A stretch of 60,881 bases of DNA, the filler included, from Hausera hauseri (Eukaryota): assembly GCA_046269625.1 (NCBI GenBank). It is 10 parts of 10 records of this genome, joined end to end, with 100 filler letters (N's around TTAATTAATTAA, not from the genome) between each part and the next. Parts side by side here need not be neighbours in the genome. Positions count along the whole stretch, not along the records: positions 48,024 to 55,073 come from JBJURY010041333.1; positions 55,174 to 60,881 come from JBJURY010201970.1; 8 more parts are not named here. One strand, 5' to 3'. The notes below the pieces were generated by a model. That model was given only the letters and a program-made list of their open reading frames with translations. It did no database searches and was not told the DNA's origin. Position numbers and translations under genes: made by a program. Of the stretch, positions 50,580 through 60,881 are shown one piece after another (position 1 is the stretch's first letter; the number at the start of each line of letters is the position of its first letter).

Positions 50580-50703
50580 AAATTGCAAAGAAACCCTAAA
50601 TATTCCTCATACCACTACAAACATCCATTCCTAACCGGGACTCGAACTTGGGATCTCTGGCACTAGAAGGCAGTGCACTACCAACTAAGCCATTGGTCGG
50701 CCC
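50580..50703 (-). mobile_element. tRNA-derived SINE head
   Basis: A box TGGCTTAGTTGG and B box GTTCGAGTCC on the minus strand; imperfect acceptor and anticodon stems; non-tRNA tail. Confidence 0.7.
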
Positions 50704-50747
50704 TCATTACATTGAAAAAATTCTTTATCAGATAGAAATAGTCTTAC

Positions 50748-50818
50748 CTGAAAAACACCAACCATTTTACACGAAGGCAGGTTCCATAGCTTCCTTAACT
50801 GTGGATGTCTCTGAAGAA
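50748..50818 (-). other. Probable short exon of an unidentified host gene (5' UTR or first coding exon)
   Basis: TTTGCAG acceptor and CAG|GTAAGA donor; contains the short ORF MEPAFV* and ATGGTTGGTGTTTTTCAG. Confidence 0.45.
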
Positions 50819-52795
50819 CTGCAAACAGAAAATCATACACAAACCATAAATTTCTTATATGTGCAGCAATATATAACACTGACTCACAAATGTACTTTCA
50901 AAAGTGAGTGACAATGAATGAATTTTGGATTCTGGATTTTAAATCAAGCGGAAGTTTGAAATATAAAAATAGCAAAAAAGATCCTACTTCCTATATATTT
51001 TTAACGATCAGAAAAATATTCAAACATTTTCTCAAAGAACTATATGGGAAAAAAAAGAAAAGAAGAGAGAGGGGGGGGGGTTCTTTCAGTAATACATTAG
51101 GAATTTATATATTGCATAATAAATCAATAAAATCAAAACTTTTTGATAAATGAAACATATAAAACTAAAATTATTTCAAAACATATATTTGCATCATTTT
51201 CATGAACTATAGTCAACCCTCATTAAACAATCCCTCGAAAAACCATCAGTTTAATTTGGGGATGGATCTATTATAGGTCAAAAATAAATTTTCCTCGAGA
51301 AACTGCCACCTCATTATTTGTCCACAGCCATTCAATTCTGGGGGAAAAGGTCATTTCATCAGGGGGAAAATCTCTTGTTAAATTGTCAAGAATAACTTGG
51401 TATAAATGTCAAATGCCATACAGTCACTTTCAATCATCTTCTAAATTTGATTGGATTCATGAAATGCAGCAAACATTAGAATACAAATATAAAAATGATT
51501 AGAAGCCCTTTAGGGAGAAAGGAGAGAGGAAAATTTTTTAAGGTAACCGGCGAGGTACATTTTACAAGATCTTTTTAAAATAGCTCTAGAAAAAGAAAAA
51601 AAAAATCAAACATGGGCAGCTATTATTTTTACTCTTCCAATGCAGAGAGACACCAAAATTATGTAACTTAAAATATTCACTGGCTGCAGACATTGCATGA
51701 TTGACAAAAAGTTTTCTTGCTTTCTCTTTGTACACATTTCCCCCTTGAAGGATTTTCATTGAGGGGAAAAGGATTCCCTTTTGAGAATTGAAAATGTGAA
51801 GTTTTTTTTTTTCTTTTAGATTTTTATTACTTCGACCATGTCATAGTTGTTACCATTCTTTAGAAATCTAGTGAATATTTATCCCTTAGGCAACAGCTTT
51901 AAAGATGAAAAACTTCAATTTTGCATAAATAGAACAAATATTTCTAAAGCATGACTCCAGGATTTTCTAGGGGCAACCAACATAACATTTAAGAAAAAAC
52001 CACAAAGTAACTTCAATTGCTATTCATGACGTATTCAAATTTAAATGCATAAATAATACTCTTATGTAGCAACTTCCAAAACTAATAAAATTTTTCAGAT
52101 TAACAATATACTTTATGCCACACCAAAAATATTTGCATATTATATACATAAATTTTAGACTAACATAAACAGTTGTAAGTAAATACATGCAAATTTTGAT
52201 TTAACTTCATTGAAAATATTTGCCCCCCCCCCCCCCAAAAAAAAAAAAAAATCGAAAATATCTGAAATTGAGTAGTGCATTTAAATTAACATTCAAGATG
52301 CTTAGCATGTTGAAATTACGTTAAGAAAAACAACACAGATAGCGTAAATAAATATAAAATTACATCATTAATATTTTCTTACTATTTACCAATAGCAACA
52401 ACCACAGCAAATTAAGCAATTGACATAAAAAATAAATATACACACACAATAGACTCATGTAATCACTTTCGCTTTATACTTATTACAAATATCAACGATT
52501 AATTTTTAATTTGAAAAACTATCATATACTAGGGCACCACGCCAAAAATTATGCCAAGGTATTTCAGCATTGAATGCTTATCATGATGGTAACTGCTATC
52601 TGAAATAATGCGAAACTATACAGTTTTGGCGGCACATCACTACAATTTGGCGACTGTAGCATCTCTTGTCTCAAACATAGCACACACGTTTACTTTTAAC
52701 AAAATCAACTGTTAATTAAGTCGATCACATCAACATATTTATCACAGATTGTGTAATATTTAGGTTCAATAAATAATAAAAGAGAAAATACTTAC

Positions 52796-52960
52796 GTAGC
52801 ACGTAGTTATGAAAATGAAAAACGCCGTCTTGCAGCATCAGTCGTTGCTACTCTGGGCTTGCTTGGCAAAATGGCTAGTACGTAATGTTCGGATCGATGC
52901 GCATGCGTCGGAACTCTCGCTGAAATTTCATCTTGCGAAGCGAAGCTTCGAAATTTGACA
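52796..52960 (-). promoter_or_regulatory. Probable housekeeping promoter and first non-coding exon
   Basis: CpG-richer patch with TGCGCATGCG (NRF1-like) and CAAAATGGC (YY1-like), ending in a GTAAGT donor at 52795 (minus strand). Confidence 0.5.
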
Positions 52961-53638
52961 GTCAACGGTTTCTTATTGTAAAGGTGTGGTAAATATATTT
53001 GTAGGATACTAAATATAAAAGATTAATATAAAACATAGCCTTGGCACGATTGATAGATCAAACACGAAGAGATTGTTTGGAGTGGAGGCAGGCACTATGA
53101 GAAGGATGGATAGAAGTTTTAAACTTCTCCGGACTCACGTATGTTATGGGCAGTACCATCGAAAGGGACGGACAGCGGACACAAATCTCCGGGGTCCGGG
53201 CCCAGGAGGGAGGGGGGTCGGATTGTAAAAATGTAATATTGGAAAAGTGTTGGGTGAGTGGGGCCCGCATACCAGTACTTTGCCCCTGGGCCTGGCCAGG
53301 ACCACTGAAAACCGAGCCGGGCCTTGGGGCAAACTGGTATGCGGTCCCTACACACTCAACACTTCCCCAATATTACACTTATTTATATAACCCAGTGCCT
53401 ACTTATGGCGGGCCCTAGGTCACAATATTTTCTAGGTCCCTTCCCAATAGATGATAATTACTGACAACTAAAATAAAGGCTACTTAATCTGATCTGATCT
53501 TCCGAGATGTAACAACCAAAAGAAAAAGCATTAATATTAACTCGATTCCAAGGCTTTCAGCATACGGGCCTAGTGAAAAAAAAGGTCCTATATATGACAC
53601 TTCTTCCCCGGACTCCGGGGATTTTGTCGTCCCCCCTC

Positions 53639-54406
53639 CATGCGCGTAACCAGAAGGGGTAAGGGGGTAAATCCCCCCCATAAATTTTGGATATGCACTG
53701 GTAAATATAGAAAAGTACCCTTTATTTTAAATTTCGTGCCCAATTTCCCGATGAAGACCCATCATTACCCCCCATGCAGGGCCGCGCCAACCCCGGGGTG
53801 TAAGGGCCGCACCGCACGCTCCCGGGCGGTGAGGGATGGATAGGGCTGCAGCAGGGAAAAGGCCTCAAAAGTCTCGGAAATAATGAAAAAAGCTTCGCGA
53901 AGGGGAGGGGAGCATTCAAAAGTACTCGTGAAGAGGAAGGAAAAATCAAAAAGTTTGTGAAGGTGTTCAAAAGTCTCGATGGAAAGTAACCCCCCCTCCG
54001 TCGTTGTCGGATTTAAAAATATAGGTAAAAAGCGTCGGAAGAGGAAGTATAAATTAAAAAGTCTGGAAAGATGTTCAAAAGTCTCGTCGGGAAATGTTAC
54101 CCCCCCCCCGTTGTCAAAAGAAAAAGATGCTGGAAAAGTCTCCGAAGGGAAGGGATGAAAGGAAATTCAAAAGCTTCCGAAAAAATGTCACTCGCAGCCG
54201 AAAGTCTTGCGGCGATGGTAAGAGAATTTAAAAGTCTTCGGGGGAAAAGTTATTCCTAAAAAGTTGGGAGTGGGGCGCGGACCTTATTTTCACCATTGTT
54301 TACGGGCGGTCGATAAAAGTTTGCACCCGGGCGGCAAATAGCCCTGGCATGCCCCTGCCCCCATGAAAAAATTACCCCCCGTAAGAAAATCCTGGTTACG
54401 CCCCTG
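53639..54406. mobile_element. hAT-type MITE (outer element)
   Basis: Ends CATGCGCGTAACCAG and CTGGTTACGCCCCTG; flanks CCCCCCTC and CCCCTCTC (7/8 match). Confidence 0.7.
53777..54357. mobile_element. hAT-type MITE nested in the outer element
   Basis: CAGGG...CCCTG termini; perfect 8-bp TSD CCCCCATG at 53769-53776 and 54358-54365. Confidence 0.85.
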
Positions 54407-55173
54407 CCCCTCTCTCGGCCGTATTGGGTCCGGTTCGGTTGGAGGCCCCGGCAGATCCGCACTTGTTGATTATATTTATATGCAAAATAAGAATATCTTC
54501 CTCCGAACGCTGTATTGAATCTCGAAGCCTCTATCCAGGAGAAATATCTCAAAAATTATGTCTCACAAATAAAAAAAAAAAATTGGAACGCGATAAATTC
54601 ACCACAATTTTTATATCTCATTGTAAAAATGCTTTCCTATCTAAAATTTCATTCCTCCCTAAAGAAAAAAAATATATTTACGAAATTTTGGGGGGGAGGG
54701 GGCAAGTAACTCGAGATGAACAATGATAGCGAATAAAAGGCAGAGAAACGATACTGGCCCATTACATACCAAACAGTACTGGCTTAGTACATTTTATCCT
54801 TTACTGGGCCAGTACTTTTAATAGGCAACTCACCGTTATAGGCAGGTCGCCAACACCCGCCCGGTGATGTCGAAAATGCATGTATAATCCATCGCCGTAC
54901 ATTGTACCGTGCCAGTACCGGCGGAGTACTAAGTGCCCGGCATACGGCACTTCGCCGTCACTACCAGTACTGGTCCGACAGGTAACCGACAATAATGTGT
55001 TTGCTGGGTAGCTTATTCATAGATGATGCACACAGAGATTATATTTCGCTGATTGCTCATATTCCTTCATTACNNNNNNNNNNNNNNNNNNNNNNNNNNN
55101 NNNNNNNNNNNNNNNNNTTAATTAATTAANNNNNNNNNNNNNNNNNNNNNNNNNNNNNNNNNNNNNNNNNNNN

Positions 55174-55776
55174 CGTACAAAATAAAATTTACGATTTTTC
55201 TACAAAAAAGGAACGCATTTACAACGATGACTTTTAACAATGCGTTTTTCGATTGCACTTTTTATCCGTATTTGTTGGTCTGATTGTGAGGCGGTTATAA
55301 TATGAAATTTTCCCTACTTATGGGCAATGTATGAGACCCATTTCCATCACCGGCTGACTTGAACATGGGGAAATTTTACCCAACGGAAACTTTCACAACA
55401 GGTTTTCCCCATGTTCCCTTGATCGAACGACGACGAAATCGTGTCCATTCTACTTGCCAACATCAATTTTACCTCTGCACAAAATTTCGGTATAACAGCA
55501 ACATGTGTTGCTTTGCCGGTTGCACATTGACCGTTTTTCTTCTTCTGCCTACTGTGCTGCCGGGTTACATTTTTCTGCTTCTCGGCGCTGTTAAGTTTTG
55601 TTTGCCTTGTCCTGCTCGACCAATTGGTCTCGGTTCAAAGTCCTTGTTCTTTCCCTGGGGGTCTTTTACCTCGAGACATGTAATGCTCAGAATTGCGAGA
55701 TAGGTGGGGAAATCTAGGTCCGAGGTCGATCTGAGCACTTTAGGGAAAGTGGGGTAGATCCCATGTTCTACCTACT
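55174..55776 (-). mobile_element. Terminal region of a Polinton/Maverick-like element, homologous to 4460-5030
   Basis: Shared TTGGTCTGAT.GTGAGGCGG.TATAATATGAAAT...GACTTGAACATGGGGAAATTTTACCC; ends TCTACCTACT (AGTAGGTAGA on the minus strand). Confidence 0.6.
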
Positions 55777-57385
55777 AAGGTATCTTTTAACGTGTTGCAT
55801 TCAATGAAATTTGATATCGTTTTGAATGTAACACTTGTTACGAGACATTGAAAATGTATAAAATGCGTACTTTTGTCGAATATTCGCAGAATTTGATAAA
55901 TTAAATTGATAACCTAAAACAACTATTATTTTTCGAAATTTTTGCACATTTTAAAATTTGAAGTTTTCTAAAACTTTTTGTCTAAGCCTCAATAATTTTT
56001 CAAAGAACGTTTTATAAAATTTATTGATTCGTAATAAGTTGGGCTAAAGTTGATTCATATAAACCACAGTATATATTGCCGTTTGTAAAACAACACAATC
56101 TGAAGTGTGATTTCTGTCAAACTTATTGATACTACTAAATGCGATAATGACTGAAACAACAATTGACAACATATCAATTTGCTAATTCCAGAGTTCAATT
56201 TCATAGACATTTATAGTTTTTGTATGAAATGTTGTCTTTTTACTGTTACAGAGGATCTTAATAAAACATAGTGTTAACATATAAAAACACGTATTGATCT
56301 GTATAATTCAAACAAGTCAAACAGAAAAATTGCTTAAAACAGTATACTCTGTTAGGCAGTTAAGACAACTATAATTCAAATAACTCTGATAAATTTAAAA
56401 AATCCATATCATTGATTTTAGCTTCTTGGCTATTATGACATGCATTGTATTAAACTATAGTACAATTCTTAGTTTTTAACACGGGGCACCAACGTGTTAT
56501 AAAAAGTTTATATCAAAAGTGATTGTCAGTTATCCTTATGGAAATTCGGTCAAACAAAATTCAATTTCATATTGTGTAATGGATTGTTAATTTTATATCA
56601 ATTTCGTACCAGTTTTTCGTGCCCTATTTTCCGCTTCCTCCCACCACATTGGAAGGGACAAAATAGTTTCTATAAGAGAAAGTTTACTACAATCACCGAA
56701 TTTACAAGATGGTGATTATAAAGGTTTCAGGGTTTTAACTTTTATTGAACACTGGAATTACAATATTGAAAAGATCTTAATCTTAGTTAAACATGGAATG
56801 TAAATAATTAAATCTGAATGTGTAATACAGAAACCGAATTTCGTTCAATTTGAATCGATAAATAACATTTGAAAATTCAAATTTGAAGTTTTTACATTAT
56901 CAGGACAAATCAGTAATTCCGCCACACAGCTGTTATCGATTAGAAATTTGTGTGCTTTGTTTTATTCATAATTTGACTTATGGTTTAAACGTTTGTTTTC
57001 CATATGTCACTGTGTTGTTTATGATTTAAATCCTATTCGAAAATATATTTTTGCATTTTTATCATTTATATTTTGGTATCTCATTGTATTTATATATTCA
57101 CTGAAGTTATGTTCTCGAAAAAGCAAAGACGTTTAAAAATATGTTGTTAAGAAATCTGATTAATGTTATAAAAACGTATGTATTTCTGAAGAGTAATCCA
57201 CAATTTGTGGTATTGTTTATTTTGACGACTAAGAGATCTACTGTTACAGATTAATGTAATGTTGAATTTATAAGATTATTGATTATAAATTTGTTAATAA
57301 ATAAATGTTAAATTACGTAAAACCTAAATATCATACTCATTTGAATTTGTGACAGCAAAGTATCATTTTTTGTATTGTTACTGAT

Positions 57386-57515
57386 TATATATAAATGTTT
57401 TTTTGAGGACAACATTTAAATGTCAACTTCCTAACGAGGATTTTAATAAGATCGAAATATTAGAACGTTGAACAAATTCTGCAACATTATTGTCCTAAAA
57501 AAACATTTATATATA
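57386..57515. repeat. Short inverted repeat or tiny MITE
   Basis: TATATATAAATGTTTTTTTGAGGACAA ... TTGTCCTAAAAAAACATTTATATATA. Confidence 0.7.
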
Positions 57516-60246
57516 GTTTACAACATGTTGCTCCAAAATAGTCCTATTGGTATTTTATGCGAATAGAAAGTTGAATACAAAATGTTACGCGCTCAGTTGT
57601 TATTGAAATATGAATGAATTCGTATTATTAAAATACTATATACCACGTGAAGTGAAAAATACTCATAGACAACGTTGGCTTTTTTATTAGTTGGACGTCA
57701 TTTTTCCAATCAACATCGGTATTAAAATGCAATTAAAATAGATGATCAAAATTAAGAAAATCATTTGATTTAAAATGATAAATTCTGTGAAACCTTTTAT
57801 ACAATTTCGCCTCAAAATCTGGTAAATAAATATACCGATCAAAAGCTCACCGGATAAAATGCTGCTGATGATTATCAAAGCGACCAACATTTTCTGACTT
57901 CTTTCAACTGAAATAAACGGTAACTAATTATGTCGTTCGATGAGTATTTATAGTTTACTTTTATCTATTTTAAGATTAGTAATTAAGTCAAGCATTAACT
58001 TAGTTTGAACCTAACTATTGGTTGGTGCTTTGTTCGGTTTGTTATGCCAAGGTAGATCATCATCTGAATCATCATCAGCACCAGCAGCAGACGATGCCAA
58101 TGCAAAAAATCATAAAAAGCTTCCTCTAAACCAGAAAATTCTGCACACAACAATTTGTTAAAATTGAGTTTATTTTGAGTTGGTGTTGTTAAAAAAATGT
58201 AAAGATTCCAATTTCATAATTTATATATTTAACTCATGTTCAATTTACCCCCGGATTGCATCGTATCTACACATGAATTCACCGCGTTATAAATGAAATA
58301 TTAATATGCAATATATTACTTTGAAATTTGATAAATTATTATTGATTAAAATCAATTAAATAGATAAATGAATATTGCTAACTGAACTTAACGGTATAAA
58401 TTAGGCTCATCAGCAAAACATAACAATGTGAAAGTATCGATAATATCGTCAGATGCTCAAACTTTTCAGTCATCTGTAAATAAACGATTGTTTGGAATCT
58501 TATATCTCAATTTGGTGGGATCATTTTGTAGGATATTTTTAGACGTAAACGTCAAAGTTCAGTGATTAACCATCAACTTTAACAATATACTTATAAAAAA
58601 TGAATGTCATTTATCGATCCTTAAATTGACCTTAGTGGCTTTTTTCCGTGATCGGTCAATAAAATTGGGAAAATCTTGCAACGAAATAGAAGATTTTCAA
58701 AGAAGGAAAATATGAAACTGACGTGATGAGAGTTTACAAGTCATAATGGAAAACAGATTATTGTTGTCTGCAGCACCGATGTATACCTCGCATTTTAGTC
58801 ATTATTCATTCAAAATCAAGCAAAAATGATTTTGAATAACAAATTAACGACCTTTCGAGTGGCGTTTAGACCTACCCCGGAAGTTTCCAGGTCCAAACAC
58901 CCCAGTTTTTAAATGCTGAAATCGGGCTGGGGATTGGCCAACAAACACAACAAATGAAAACATCAAAAACATGGATCGAAATTATCCGGAAATGATGCTG
59001 AAACAAAATCACAATAAATTGTATTGAAATGACAATTTAAAATTGAACAATTTACAAAACGGCTATTGGTTGCAATATGGCAAATCAAATTCAAGTTCAA
59101 AACTGAATCTTTCTTTAAACAAAACCATGTTTTTTTAATTTTTTGGCAGTATTGGGTAAATCGGATATTCTATGATACATGTACAAATTAATCAAAAGCG
59201 GGCAAATCGACAATGCAGACTTTTCATTGCACATGAACATTAAACGTATTTTTAATTTGTTGTGGCAAATTTAAATCAGTATTCTGATGGGGTTGGTTAA
59301 AATTGATCAGTACAAACGACCATTAAATTAATAATTTACTGTTTCACTTTGGTTGCATTTAACAGCAATGTTAATCCACATCGTTTATCTTGACTTCCTG
59401 CTAATGTTTTACTCATACTGGCGAATATCACAGATAATTGCTTTGTTCAGATTTGAATGATTTGAAGCGCGAAGAAATATTGATAAAATGTTTGTCGAAA
59501 GTTTTGACACAGACAGAACCATTTTAAAAACGGTACGAAATACGTGTCGAAATTATCATTAGAACTGATTTTGTTTTTCTTTCGTGGCGCAAGTTTCATT
59601 TTGGAAAGAAAAAAATGGCCAAATCGACATTGGGTTGGAATTTGATAGAAACGGTGATGTTGGTGGATTTTGTGAATTATGCACGATGCGGATTATTGTT
59701 CCGCAATTGTGGTTTTCGTGTCGATTTTTGAAGACAATCAGAAGAATGTAAATATGGTGCCGCAGGTCCGGATGCATCTCTAACTTCCTACAGAATGGCT
59801 ACGGTCAACTGCCGCCAGGCCGATGTAGATTTCTAGTGTGACCACCACCCTTCAGCCTTTGCTCACTGGAAACCAAGTGATCATTAATCTAATACCATTT
59901 AAACCTCTAAATCTCAATTTCCAAATCCATCCTGAAAATTCCAAAAACAACACCACCTATTGACAGCCTTCCAATAATTCGTAAACATTTTAAAAAATAA
60001 ATTTTTCACTACCGAGTAACGAACAACAATAAATATGGATACCATTTATAACATTATTTCAAACAAGGGCCACAAATTGCATGCATTCAGATTACGTTAC
60101 AAAAACCCAGGCCTTTAGTTAGAAACGACTCAATCGTCATTTTGGCAGTGCAATCTCAATATTTTCTACGACTACGCTACATGCTACGCATTATTCAATT
60201 TCGTTATCAGTATCGCCTTGAATATTTTTTTACAAAAAACAGGCAA

Positions 60247-60543
60247 TCACAAACCTTTGATCCTCTGAAATTTATACTGTGCACAATTACCGAAATTCCT
60301 ACGTTTGAGAAAATTTTCCAGGAATTTTTCACATCTTTTAATGAACTTATCAACGTCGTTGCCTTTCATGAATTTGTTGGGCAACAAATGGTTCGTGAAA
60401 ATGTTTATTGTAGCGTAAGTCGCCATGTTGGCCGCGGGCGCATCCACGCCGTCCACATGATCGCCCACCTTGAGTAGGGTTGGAAAATCCCCGCCCCCTG
60501 GTATGTCGGCTAAAGCAGAATTTGATCGCTTGTAATTACTCAT
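60247..60543 (-). pseudogene. Gag N-terminal fragment of a Ty3/gypsy element
   Basis: ATG lies 16 nt after the start of the PBS; LLPNKFMKGNDVDKFIKRCEKF resembles the PxxFxG..(W/F)I..E motif at the start of gypsy capsid. Confidence 0.6.
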
Positions 60544-60561
60544 TGCAAAGTTAACACCAGT

Positions 60562-60729
60562 TGTTGAAAATTTTATTAAAATCCAAAATACTTATTTGAA
60601 AACAAATTTTCCGAAAATTCCAAAATTAAATTATACTTTTGATCAAATTACACTTTTAAATTAAATTTTTAAAATTATAAATGTTTCTAATTTAAATTTA
60701 GAATTTCCGTTCTCGGTTATATCCTCACA
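60562..60729 (-). mobile_element. 168-bp LTR with PPT on one side and PBS on the other
   Basis: Minus strand: AAAAAAGGGGGAA|TGTGAG...AATAAA...TTCAACA|AC TGGTGTTAAC. Confidence 0.8.
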
Positions 60730-60739
60730 TTCCCCCTTT

Positions 60740-60881
60740 TTTAAGAATCTTCGTAGCTTCTCTACGTTTCTCTCCAAGGTTTGCCATCTTCATGTCGTAG
60801 TACATATCGCCTGCCGTGAACTTTCTCAATGATCGTGTACGGGCCTTCGTATTTGTCTTTCTCCTTTGTTCCGGATTCTTT
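60740..60881 (-). pseudogene. Ty3/gypsy integrase C-terminus (GPY module)
   Basis: KEKDKYEGPYTIIEKVHGRRYVLRHEDGK immediately before the polypurine tract. Confidence 0.8.

Noticed and set aside
50630-50703. Functional tRNA gene
   Set aside because: Acceptor and anticodon stems are mismatched and a SINE-like tail follows.
53058-54992. Short ORFs in the GC-rich part of contig 9
   Set aside because: They lie within MITEs and other repeats and show no protein motifs.
59559-59870. Coding exon in a GC-richer patch
   Set aside because: No frame gave a recognisable protein or consistent splice structure.

Overview
Not one locus: ten eukaryotic contigs joined by 100-bp linkers (44 N + TTAATTAATTAA + 44 N), at 1-4359, 4460-16313 (internal 100-N gap 7941-8040), 16414-21182, 21283-25790, 25891-30449, 30550-34586, 34687-39332, 39433-47923, 48024-55073 and 55174-60881. 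The DNA is repeat-rich and animal-like. It holds one clear host gene (5' part of site-1 protease MBTPS1, mostly 35-45-bp introns), a >10-kb 13-bp satellite, decayed Polinton/adintovirus-like pieces (PolB, packaging ATPase, RING gene, AGTAG termini), Ty3/gypsy elements, Tc1/mariner elements, MITEs and a SINE. Best leads, all from manual translation and comparison with remembered family motifs, no database searches: (1) a large Ty3/gypsy-type lineage in three contigs in which a ubiquitin-like domain and a chuvirus-like envelope glycoprotein lie UPSTREAM of protease-RT-RNase H, apparently as one long polyprotein; one relative also carries two catalytically dead ISG20/REX4-like exonuclease domains; (2) a second gypsy family whose Gag is preceded in frame by a ubiquitin-sized domain ending RLRGG; (3) a vertebrate (fish-like) choline kinase beta fragment, two exons plus introns, joined without a gap to the enveloped element.
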